A stretch of 64,000 nt of DNA from Clostridiales bacterium (lineage in GTDB: Bacteria > Bacillota > Clostridia > Christensenellales > Borkfalkiaceae), in NCBI GenBank assembly GCA_015055865.1, contig SVHK01000001.1, positions 6,628 to 70,627 of the forward strand. Reading direction: 5' to 3'. The notes under the pieces were generated by a model, which saw nothing but the letters and a program-made list of their open reading frames with translations, was not told the DNA's origin and ran no database searches. A program made the translations under genes and the position numbers. Shown here piece by piece: positions 17,826 through 26,018 of the stretch (its first letter is position 1; each line of letters opens with the position of its first letter).

Positions 17826-18866
17826 ATGAACTATTTCAAAAAAACTTGCATCTTACGACAACTGCGCCAAGGCTTTTCCTGCGACGGAAAAACGCTTTCG
17901 GGGCTCGTCAAAATCGAACAGTACGGCAAAAATATTTCCGCGGAAGTTTCCATTCTAAACTTCGCGCCCCTGTCCGCTGGGGAATACTATTGTTTACTCT
18001 CCGATGCGTTCTCGCACACCGAGCTTTTGCCGTTGCGCGGTAAAAGTCTTTTCAATATCATTTCAGGGTTAGATATCTCCACCGGTTTTTGCGCGATTAT
18101 TTGTTTCGTGAAAGACGAAGTTTTACCCATTGCCTACGGCGTAAATGGTAAGGAAGATTACGAATGGCGAAAAATTCTTGAAACCGCCTTCCCTACCCCC
18201 ACCAAAAAGGCGGGAGCAGGGGCGCGTTTAACAGGCGAAAGCGCGATTATGGAATATCAAACCCAACCGCCTACGTCGAAGTTTAAAGAAAAAGAGCAAG
18301 AACGAGAACGAATTACTCCGCAAGAAAAATCCCAAAAATATAACGACGAATTACTTGCGGAAAAAGACTATTATAGAGCGGAGGAAGGCGATGAACGAGA
18401 GCGCGATTACGAGAATTGCTCGAATGCACAAATTGAAAGTGGAACTGAAAAAGAAAACGGGAAAAATGGGCGCGACGCTCAAGAAGATGACGATGCTGAA
18501 AACGTACTCCACCCGTTTGAAGTTGACTCGGACGGATACTATCGTGCGGTAAAAAGCGAAATCGACGAACTGTTCGCGCGCTATCCCAAAGACGATACGC
18601 TAAACGGCGTATTTTCTTGTAGTGAATGGGTACGGATTAAAGGCGAAAAAGGTTCGCCCCAATATCTCGTAGGCGTGGTATATGAAAATTTAAAAGCCAA
18701 GTACGTATGCTACGCGCTCCCCGCCGATGACGGAGAAAGTCCGCCTGAAGAAATCAAGGACGTTTGCACGTTCGTACCCTTATCCGCGTTTAACGATTGC
18801 GTTGGATTTTTCGTTATCTTCCAAAGCGCTTCAACGGGCGAATGTATCCGTCCTGAAAGCGTATGA
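17826..18866 (+). CDS. Hypothetical two-domain protein with an acidic low-complexity linker
   Basis: A 346-aa ORF with an ATG start. No family was recognised. The central region is E/D/K/R-rich (about residues 150-225). Confidence 0.6.
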   Translation: MNYFKKTCILRQLRQGFSCDGKTLSGLVKIEQYGKNISAEVSILNFAPLSAGEYYCLLSDAFSHTELLPLRGKSLFNIISGLDISTGFCAIICFVKDEVLPIAYGVNGKEDYEWRKILETAFPTPTKKAGAGARLTGESAIMEYQTQPPTSKFKEKEQERERITPQEKSQKYNDELLAEKDYYRAEEGDERERDYENCSNAQIESGTEKENGKNGRDAQEDDDAENVLHPFEVDSDGYYRAVKSEIDELFARYPKDDTLNGVFSCSEWVRIKGEKGSPQYLVGVVYENLKAKYVCYALPADDGESPPEEIKDVCTFVPLSAFNDCVGFFVIFQSASTGECIRPESV

Positions 18867-18928
18867 CAACGTCGCTAAAAATATTTTATTTATTTTTTAT
18901 ATTTTCTTTCACGATTTTTTTAAAACAC

Positions 18929-18957
18929 TTGACGAAATAGGCAAAAATATTTATAAT
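18929..18957 (+). promoter_or_regulatory. Sigma-A promoter of nagB (TTGACG-17-TATAAT)
   Basis: The -35 lies at 18929-18934 and the -10 at 18952-18957. A GGGAG RBS sits at 18984-18988. Confidence 0.6.
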
Positions 18958-18993
18958 ATAAATAAGAAATTTAAAATTATTTTGGGAGTCATT

Positions 18994-19716
18994 ATGAAAA
19001 TTATCGTCACGGAAAATTACGATGAAATGAGCAAAAAAGCAGCGGAAATCATTATCGACGTTATCAAAAACAACCCCAACGCAGTGCTTGGTCTTGCGAC
19101 GGGTTCTAGCCCTATCGGTACGTATCGTAATATGATTAACGACCATAAAGAAAACGGCACGTCGTATAAGAACGTTTCCACCGTCAATCTCGACGAATAC
19201 GTTTCTTTAGACAAAGACCACGATCAAAGCTACGCTTACTTTATGCGTAAAAATCTCTTCGACGAACTTGATATCGACCAAACCAACACCCACCTTCCCT
19301 GTGGCACGGCAAAAGACCTTGCAAAGGAATGCGACCGCTACAACGGAATACTTGCAAAACTCGTTCCCGACGTTCAAGTACTCGGTATCGGCTCGAACGG
19401 ACATATCGGTTTCAACGAACCGGGTACGCCGTTGGATTCCGTAACGCACGTCGTTGACCTTACCGAAAGCACGATTAAAGACAATTCCCGTCTTTTTGCG
19501 TCCGTGGACGAAGTCCCCAAACAAGCGCTTTCGATGGGCATTAAAAATATTATGCAAGCAAAATCCATCGTGATGGTCGTTTCGGGTAAAAATAAGGCGG
19601 AAGCTGTCAAAGGTATGGTAAACGGCGAAATTACGCCCGAACTTCCTGCGTCCGTTCTTCAACTCCACCCGTTCGTAACGCTCGTTTGCGACAAGGGCGC
19701 TGCAAGTTTGCTTTAA
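18994..19716 (+). CDS. nagB: Glucosamine-6-phosphate deaminase
   Basis: MKIIVTENYDEMS...LGLATGSSP...NLDEY are classic NagB motifs. The start was moved to the ATG at 18994, which has an RBS. Confidence 0.93.
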   Translation: MKIIVTENYDEMSKKAAEIIIDVIKNNPNAVLGLATGSSPIGTYRNMINDHKENGTSYKNVSTVNLDEYVSLDKDHDQSYAYFMRKNLFDELDIDQTNTHLPCGTAKDLAKECDRYNGILAKLVPDVQVLGIGSNGHIGFNEPGTPLDSVTHVVDLTESTIKDNSRLFASVDEVPKQALSMGIKNIMQAKSIVMVVSGKNKAEAVKGMVNGEITPELPASVLQLHPFVTLVCDKGAASLL

Positions 19717-19746
19717 TAACTTTTCAACTTATAATCGATAACGAAA

Positions 19747-19775
19747 TACGGCGTTTGCAATTCGCAAACGCCGTA
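19747..19775. terminator. Bidirectional terminator (nagB / trmO)
   Basis: A 12-bp stem tacggcgtttgc / gcaaacgccgta with a T-run on the plus side. Confidence 0.65.
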
Positions 19776-19779
19776 TCTT

Positions 19780-20463
19780 TTAATTTTTTTCTATTTTTAC
19801 AATCGTTAAAACGCCGTTTAAAACTTTAAAACGTACGTTCCATTGAGCAAATTTCATTCCGTATTCCCTACCGTCGTCTTGATACGAAGGTCTTGGGTCG
19901 TCGGCTAAACAATCAAGCAAACCCTGCCATTTTTCTTTCGGCAAAAGCTTCGCCCACTTTTCGTCAAACTTCACTTCCAAACGATGATTTTCCACTTCGT
20001 CCGCATACCCCCCGACTGCGTCTAAAACGCAATCTGCGTGGGGCAGGTACGGTTTAATATCTAAAATCGGCGTACCGTCCAACAAGTCTGCGCCTTCGAC
20101 GATAAGCACGACTCCGTCCGTTTCGCTCTCTTGAATTTCAACAAGTTTCACGCAAGAAAGCCCTAAAGGATTAGGTCTAAACGGGGAACGGGACGCAAAT
20201 ACGCCCACGCGCTCGTTTCCACCCAATCTCGGCGGACGAACGGTCGGAGAAAATTCGCTCGAATGCGATTTTGAGAAATCAAAAATCAACCAAATATGCG
20301 AAAACCCGTCCAAACGTCGAAAGGCGTCTTTCACTCGGTATTCGGGGAAAAACACGACTCTACCCACCAATCCGCGCGCCCTACCGCTTTGACGGGGTAT
20401 ACCGAATTTTTCTTTAAAATCGGTTTGAATATACGCAATGGGTTTCACGAAAAATCCGTCCAT
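19780..20463 (-). CDS. trmO: tRNA (t6A37-N6)-methyltransferase TrmO/TsaA (YaeB family)
   Basis: It has the FGIPRQSG and SRSPFRPNPLGLS motifs. An AGGAG RBS lies 7 nt upstream of the ATG. Confidence 0.88.
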   Translation of the reverse strand: MDGFFVKPIAYIQTDFKEKFGIPRQSGRARGLVGRVVFFPEYRVKDAFRRLDGFSHIWLIFDFSKSHSSEFSPTVRPPRLGGNERVGVFASRSPFRPNPLGLSCVKLVEIQESETDGVVLIVEGADLLDGTPILDIKPYLPHADCVLDAVGGYADEVENHRLEVKFDEKWAKLLPKEKWQGLLDCLADDPRPSYQDDGREYGMKFAQWNVRFKVLNGVLTIVKIEKN

Positions 20464-20472
20464 CGAACGCTC

Positions 20473-20628
20473 CTAAATTTTTTCTATGAGTGATTTGATT
20501 AGCTCCACGACGATTAAAACGAAATTTTCCGTCGCCAAGTACGCCGTTTCAAACGAGCCCGTCGCAAAAAGATTTATTATAAATATAAATATCGATACAA
20601 ACAATACGATTAAAGAAAGAGTTATCAT
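20473..20628 (-). CDS. Possible 51-aa hydrophobic small protein / upstream ORF of trmO
   Basis: An ATG..TAG ORF (MITLSLIVLFVSIFIFIINLFATGSFETAYLATENFVLIVVELIKSLIEKI) is the first ORF after a consensus promoter. It has no clear SD. Its stop codon overlaps the trmO SD (TAGGAG). Confidence 0.25.
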   Translation of the reverse strand: MITLSLIVLFVSIFIFIINLFATGSFETAYLATENFVLIVVELIKSLIEKI

Positions 20629-20658
20629 AATAATAGGACTTAATTTTTAATGCAATCA

Positions 20659-20687
20659 ATTATATCCCTTTCTTCTGTACTTGTCAA
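20659..20687 (-). promoter_or_regulatory. Consensus sigma-A promoter (TTGACA-17-TATAAT)
   Basis: On the minus strand TTGACA lies at 20687-20682 and TATAAT at 20664-20659. Confidence 0.65.
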
Positions 20688-20704
20688 GCGTTGAAAAGCA
20701 ATTT

Positions 20705-20929
20705 TTAATTATTTTTCCCTTTATACGCAAAGCGTTCCACGATTTGTCCGTTTACTTCCACGCTTTCTAAAAACATTGTTTTGGGTCTAACCCAGACCCC
20801 GTTATCGCCGTACTCGGCGCGGTAAACGACCATTTCTTCAAGCGTTTCGCTGTTGTTTGCCACTGCAATTACGGTATATTCCTTCCCTTTATAATGTTTG
20901 TACCGTCCGCCTATCACCAATTCACGCAT
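20705..20929 (-). CDS. DUF1653 domain protein
   Basis: A 74-aa protein with YKHYKGKEYTV...SETLEEMVVYRAEYG...WVRPKTMF, the typical DUF1653 pattern. Confidence 0.8.
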   Translation of the reverse strand: MRELVIGGRYKHYKGKEYTVIAVANNSETLEEMVVYRAEYGDNGVWVRPKTMFLESVEVNGQIVERFAYKGKNN

Positions 20930-20941
20930 ACCTGTCCCCCA

Positions 20942-22258
20942 CTAATCTTTACTCGCCTTTCTTAACGCTTTAGGAATATGATTTTTAATCACGCCGTTCA
21001 CAGCTTTTCCAAGCCCAATAGGATAGCTATCCACACATACGGCGCACCAACCGTTTTTAACGTCATACTCTATCGTTTCCCCGCGCAAAAATTTCTCCAA
21101 TCGATTATCGGTCAACGAAAGGGATACGCAACGCTTACTATTTAGGCTATCCGTTGCCATCACGAGCGAGTGCGACGGTTCAAATCTACCGTTTATCATC
21201 TCGCCAAGCCGTACACCAACGCGCAAAACGTTTAAGCCTTTCCAATCAAACACCCCGTCGGGTAAAGCGTACAAAACGCCTTTTATTTCATAAAGTCTTT
21301 TCGCAAACGGCGAAAGGAAAAAGTCTTTTTCAAATTCTCTATACGCCTTTTCCGCGCCTTTCGAGACGTTTTCCTTTATTTCTTTTAAACTTAATTCCAA
21401 GCCGTCCTCACGCTCAAAAAGCGCGGCGAAATGTCCTTCCCCCCGAACGCGGTGGGGATATAATTTTTCTTGTTTTAAAAGCTTCATATCGGGAAAAGTG
21501 GACAAAAAGTCCAATACCTGCCCCTCGTCTTCTTCGTAGGAAAACGTACAAGTCGAATAAACGAGCCGACCGCCTTTTTTGAGCATTTTTCTTGCGCAAG
21601 CAAGAATTTCCTTTTGTCTATTCGCGCAAAGCGCAACGTTCTCTTCGCTCCATTCCCCTAACGCTTCGTCCGCGTTTTTACGGAACATACCTTCGCCCGA
21701 ACACGGCGCGTCCACGAGTATTTTATCAAAATATCCTTCAAACGTTTCCGCAAGTTTAAAGGGCATTTCACTAACGACTACGGCGTTTTTTATCCCCATT
21801 CTTTCCACGTTTTGCGAAAGTATTTTAGCCCTTGAAAAAATAGGTTCGTTTAAGACGATTATCCCTTCGCCTTGCATCTTAGACGCAAGTTGCGTTCCCT
21901 TTCCGCCGGGCGCGGAACACAAATCAAGCACGAGCTCCCCCTTTTTTACGTCAAGCAAAGGCGCGGCGACCATCGCAGACGGTTCTTGCGAATACAGTAC
22001 ACCCGCAAAATGATAAGGCGACGCGCCTATTTTTTCTTCTTGAATATAGTAACCGCTTTGCTCCCACGCAATCGGCTCTAACTTAAAAGGAGAAATCTTT
22101 TCAAACGTTTCCGCCAAGCATTTTAACGTATTTACCCTTACGCCTTTGTAGGGTTTTTCTTGATATACGGCAAAAAAGGACTCCCACTCCGACTTCGGGA
22201 GTTGTCTTTTCATTCTTTCTATAAATTTTTCGTCGAGCTTTGTCGTTGCCGTACTCAT
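20942..22258 (-). CDS. RsmB/RsmF-family 16S rRNA m5C methyltransferase (NOL1/NOP2/Sun)
   Basis: It has the SAM motif DLCSAPGGKGT and catalytic motifs DAPCSGEGMFRK and STCT. Confidence 0.85.
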   Translation of the reverse strand: MSTATTKLDEKFIERMKRQLPKSEWESFFAVYQEKPYKGVRVNTLKCLAETFEKISPFKLEPIAWEQSGYYIQEEKIGASPYHFAGVLYSQEPSAMVAAPLLDVKKGELVLDLCSAPGGKGTQLASKMQGEGIIVLNEPIFSRAKILSQNVERMGIKNAVVVSEMPFKLAETFEGYFDKILVDAPCSGEGMFRKNADEALGEWSEENVALCANRQKEILACARKMLKKGGRLVYSTCTFSYEEDEGQVLDFLSTFPDMKLLKQEKLYPHRVRGEGHFAALFEREDGLELSLKEIKENVSKGAEKAYREFEKDFFLSPFAKRLYEIKGVLYALPDGVFDWKGLNVLRVGVRLGEMINGRFEPSHSLVMATDSLNSKRCVSLSLTDNRLEKFLRGETIEYDVKNGWCAVCVDSYPIGLGKAVNGVIKNHIPKALRKASKD

Positions 22259-22283
22259 TCAACGCGTACCTGCCTATTTGATT

Positions 22284-23237
22284 TTAATTAAATATAGAGA
22301 TAAATTCGTCTAAGGAAACCGCTCTTGCCTTATTCTCAAGCGCCGATTTCATTCTTTGCCCCGTTTCCCCGTCTTGATAAACGTAAATATCACATTCTTC
22401 GGCGCGGAAAGAATAGAACCCTGCCTGCGCAAAAAGTTTTACAATCAAATCTTTTGCGATTGGCGTATCAAGGGTAATAGCGTGCGAAAAGCAAACTCTT
22501 TTGCCCTTAAACTTGCCGTCTTTTGCCCGTTTCCGTTTCTCCCTATCCACGAAATTATGGAAGAGCACGCGCGCCTTTTCGCGTTCTTCTTTTTTGCGTT
22601 TTACTTCTTCTAAATACTTATCAAAGGCTACGGACGAGCCTTGCGTAATTTCGTAGTTTTCAATTTTGCCAAGCGAAATTTCGTACTTTTCAAGCAACCC
22701 TAAAAAATCGGTGTTTTCATCCTTACACATCGCTTCCGCGATTCGCATCGTAGCGTAGGCGTCGTCCATCGCTTTATGGGCGACGAAATCCACCGATAAA
22801 TTTTCCGCAATTTTCCCAAGCGCGAACTGACGAGAAAACTCGTTAATCTTGTTCATATAAATAAATTGCGTATCCGCAAACGAAAAATTGAAAGAGTCTA
22901 AGGAAAAACGATTGCTTTCCAAATTGAGATATTTCACGTCGTTCATCGTCGCGTGTCCGGCGACAAGCGTATCGCTATCTTCAAGCAATCCGCGAATTTT
23001 TTCCACGACTTGCGGAAAGGTCGGATATTTTTTAAATTCGCCGTAGGTATAGGGTAAAACGAGCCCCTGCTCGCCCTTTCTATCGGTCAAATGAAAACTT
23101 CCTTGCGGATTGATAAGCAAATCCCGCTTGTCCAAAATATTAAATTTATCGTCCGTCAGGCAATACCCAAACGCGCAAATCTTTGCGGATTTCTTGGTTA
23201 CCCCTGCGCATTCAATATCAAAAAATAAATATTTCAT
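22284..23237 (-). CDS. DEDDh 3'-5' exonuclease domain protein
   Basis: It has Exo I FFDIECAG and Exo III HKAMDDAYAT, plus a C-terminal extra domain. Confidence 0.75.
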   Translation of the reverse strand: MKYLFFDIECAGVTKKSAKICAFGYCLTDDKFNILDKRDLLINPQGSFHLTDRKGEQGLVLPYTYGEFKKYPTFPQVVEKIRGLLEDSDTLVAGHATMNDVKYLNLESNRFSLDSFNFSFADTQFIYMNKINEFSRQFALGKIAENLSVDFVAHKAMDDAYATMRIAEAMCKDENTDFLGLLEKYEISLGKIENYEITQGSSVAFDKYLEEVKRKKEEREKARVLFHNFVDREKRKRAKDGKFKGKRVCFSHAITLDTPIAKDLIVKLFAQAGFYSFRAEECDIYVYQDGETGQRMKSALENKARAVSLDEFISIFN

Positions 23238-23277
23238 AACTATTTTATTATAACATAATCTTATAAAAATCGCAAAT

Positions 23278-23302
23278 AAAACCGCGGTAAATCCGCGGTT
23301 TT
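23278..23302 (-). terminator. Hairpin terminator
   Basis: A 10-bp stem aaaaccgcgg / ccgcggtttt. Confidence 0.5.
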
Positions 23303-23305
23303 ATC

Positions 23306-24313
23306 TTATTCTTTTGCGCTATATTCCGTTTTATATTCGCCGTTTTGAAAAACGGTTATCACGATGTCCCCGTGCCAATCCGTTCGATAGGTATCCACGT
23401 TTGACGAGCCCAATATAGACAACGTTTCGCCGTTCGGGTGTCCGTAATAATTATTCTTTCCACAGGAAATAACTGCCGTTTTTACGTTCAAATAATTTAA
23501 AATATCCGTATTCGCGCCGTCTTTTGCACCGTGATGGGGAAACTTTAAAAGTTCTACGCTGTTTAAATAAATTCCTTTTTCATTAAAAAGCCCTAACTCG
23601 TCTTCTTCGCACAATTTTTGCAAGACGGTTTCGTTCGTATCACCGCAAAACATAGCCGTAAACCCGTTATATTCTAAAAGCGTTATCGTCGAAAGCGCGT
23701 TACCGGAAAACGACTCGTTTCCACCGCTTTCCGCGCTATAAGGAAAAAGCACGCTAAATTGATAAGAATATTCTTGCATAGACGAAGTAACGCTTGCGTA
23801 GCGTTTCGCTATTTTCGTTTTTACACCGTTTTTAGCAAGCTCTTCGCCAAATTCTTCAAAAGCCGAATTGGTCTGACTCTCCGTTTCAAGGTAAGGCAAA
23901 AAGACTTCCCCTATTTCTTTATATTGAACGACTTCTTTTAGCGAACCGCAATGGTCTATATCCGTATGCGTGAGCAATACGTAATCGATTTTCTTTATTT
24001 TTAAAGCGTTCAAATACCGCAAAATCGTTTGCGCGCCGTCCACGTCCCCACCGTCAATCAACATCACTTGACCGTCGGGCAGTTCTATCAGCGTGGCGTC
24101 GGCTTGTCCCACGTCCAAAAAATGAATACGGAGTTCGCCGTCCCGGCGCTCGGCAACTTTAGGTAAAGCAAAATAGTATTTCCAGCTTTCTTCGGGTACA
24201 AACAAGGAAAACACCGACAAACTCACCACAAGCAAAACGAATAGAGCAAGAAATATTACACCCCGTCGCCGTCGACTTTCTCCCCTTTTACGTTTTTCGT
24301 CAATATAACCCAT
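23306..24313 (-). CDS. MBL-fold metallo-hydrolase related to the ComEC/Rec2 C-terminal domain, membrane anchored
   Basis: It has the motifs HFLDVGQADATLIELPDGQVMLIDGG and LLTHTDIDHCG, and an N-terminal TM helix. Confidence 0.8.
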   Translation of the reverse strand: MGYIDEKRKRGESRRRRGVIFLALFVLLVVSLSVFSLFVPEESWKYYFALPKVAERRDGELRIHFLDVGQADATLIELPDGQVMLIDGGDVDGAQTILRYLNALKIKKIDYVLLTHTDIDHCGSLKEVVQYKEIGEVFLPYLETESQTNSAFEEFGEELAKNGVKTKIAKRYASVTSSMQEYSYQFSVLFPYSAESGGNESFSGNALSTITLLEYNGFTAMFCGDTNETVLQKLCEEDELGLFNEKGIYLNSVELLKFPHHGAKDGANTDILNYLNVKTAVISCGKNNYYGHPNGETLSILGSSNVDTYRTDWHGDIVITVFQNGEYKTEYSAKE

Positions 24314-24325
24314 CGTCCCGTCCCT

Positions 24326-24982
24326 TTAACTTTGAGCTTCTTCTCGGATGCCGTTACAAATTTTTTGCATTTTTTCTTCCAAGCCAAATAACACGTCCGC
24401 GCAATCTTTAAGCTCCGCGCGATATTTCTCTTTCAAATCCGCGTTTACTTTATAGGATACTTCGTGTTCCAAACTCGCCCACATATTCATCGAAATCGTA
24501 CGCAGTTGTATCTCTACGGGTGCGGTCGTTTGCAAAGTTGAAAGACATACCGGTACTTCGACTATTAAGTGCAAGCTTCTATACCCGTTGGCTTTTGGAT
24601 TTTTTAAATAATCTTTTTCGTATAACAACCGAACGTCCGGTTGGTTTAAAAACACGTTCGCGATTTTATAAATATCTTCGATATAACTACATACCACTCT
24701 TACGCCCGCAAGGTCGGTAAGTTTCGTTAAATTTTCTTTGGTTTGCGCGTAACCGCGGCGGCCTAATTTTTCAAACGCGCTCTCCACCGATTTCAAGCGG
24801 TTTTCGATATGGTGTATCGGGTCGTGTCCCTGCAGACTCGCAAACTCCGCGTCCAGCACTTCAAAACGCGTACACGCGGTTTTCATCGCGCCAAAATATA
24901 ACGGCTTTAAACGATTATATTCGTTTATGAACGCTCTCGTCGGCGTAGTTGTTTGGAACTCCGTTTCTTTTTCAATCGTCAT
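24326..24982 (-). CDS. Small alarmone synthetase (RelA/SpoT-domain GTP pyrophosphokinase, RelQ/RelP-like)
   Basis: It has the motifs GVRVVC, GYRSLHLIV and EIQLRTISMNMWASLEH. Confidence 0.85.
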   Translation of the reverse strand: MTIEKETEFQTTTPTRAFINEYNRLKPLYFGAMKTACTRFEVLDAEFASLQGHDPIHHIENRLKSVESAFEKLGRRGYAQTKENLTKLTDLAGVRVVCSYIEDIYKIANVFLNQPDVRLLYEKDYLKNPKANGYRSLHLIVEVPVCLSTLQTTAPVEIQLRTISMNMWASLEHEVSYKVNADLKEKYRAELKDCADVLFGLEEKMQKICNGIREEAQS

Positions 24983-25054
24983 AATTTTCCCCTTTTCTTT
25001 ATTATATCATAAACCGCTAAAAAATGCAAACTCTTAACGAGTTTTCTTATTTAT

Positions 25055-25089
25055 CAAAAAAAGAAAAAACCGATTTAATCGGTTTTTTC
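25055..25089 (-). terminator. Intrinsic terminator after the pyridoxal kinase gene
   Basis: A 12-bp stem gaaaaaaccgat / atcggttttttc followed by a U-run on the minus strand. Confidence 0.6.
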
Positions 25090-25094
25090 TCCGT

Positions 25095-25928
25095 TTATTT
25101 GAGTTTCTCTATAAGTTTAGGCAAAGCGTTTTCAAATCTCGCGCCGTACCAATGCGTAGGGTCGTTTTGCGTATCAAGAATACACTCTACCGTGTAATCG
25201 GCGGAAATTTTCGCCGACTCAAACGCCGACTTACCTTTCGTCAACGCACCCACGAACGCCGATGCGTAAATATCGCCCGTACCGTGACAACCTTTGGCAA
25301 TTTTGTTATGTTCGTAATAAAACTTTTCACCGTTTTTATAAACGACTACGCCCGTTTTATCAGAAGTATAGCCAATCCCCGTCAAGACGATGGTCGCACC
25401 GTTTGAACAAAGCGCGGAAAGTTTTTCCAAAACGCCGTCCACATATTTCTCGTCGTAACTTTCTAAATAAGTTTCGCCCGTCAAAAGGCACGCTTCCGTC
25501 AAATTCGGCAACAGGAAGTCCGCGCGTGCGCAAAGTTCTTTCATCTTTTCCACGAACGCAAGGTCAAACCCAACGTAAAGCTTGCCGTTGTCCGCCATCG
25601 CAGGGTCAACAATCACTTTTCCGTCCGATTCTAAGCAAGTTTGCGCTAAAGATTTTACGTAGTCGATTTGTTTCGCGCTCCCCAAATAGCCCGTATAGAG
25701 CGCCGAAAACTTAATATTTTCTTGTTGCCAATGCTTTTCAATGAGTGGCATATCTTCCGTTAAATCGCGGAACGTATAGCCTTTAAATCCGCCCGTATGC
25801 GTCGAAAGTACCGCCGACGGCAACGCGCAAGTTTCTATTCCGCACGCCGAAATTATCGGCAAGGCAACGGTCAACGAACATTGCCCCACGCAGGAGATAT
25901 CCTGTACCGTTAAGACACGCTTATTCAT
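25095..25928 (-). CDS. pdxK: Pyridoxamine/pyridoxal kinase
   Basis: The N-terminus VLTVQDISCVGQCSLTVALPIISACG and the C-terminal GTGDIYASAF motif are typical of the PdxK/PdxY ribokinase fold. Confidence 0.85.
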   Translation of the reverse strand: MNKRVLTVQDISCVGQCSLTVALPIISACGIETCALPSAVLSTHTGGFKGYTFRDLTEDMPLIEKHWQQENIKFSALYTGYLGSAKQIDYVKSLAQTCLESDGKVIVDPAMADNGKLYVGFDLAFVEKMKELCARADFLLPNLTEACLLTGETYLESYDEKYVDGVLEKLSALCSNGATIVLTGIGYTSDKTGVVVYKNGEKFYYEHNKIAKGCHGTGDIYASAFVGALTKGKSAFESAKISADYTVECILDTQNDPTHWYGARFENALPKLIEKLK

Positions 25929-25983
25929 GATTTTTACTCCTTTTTTATAAAAATGTTAGAAATTCAACAACTTTAGCCGTTCT

Positions 25984-26011
25984 AAAAGGCGTTGAACTTT
26001 CAACGCCTTTT
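25984..26011. terminator. Palindromic hairpin after the LRR gene
   Basis: A 12-bp stem aaaaggcgttga / tcaacgcctttt. Confidence 0.5.
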
Positions 26012-26018
26012 GCTTTTG

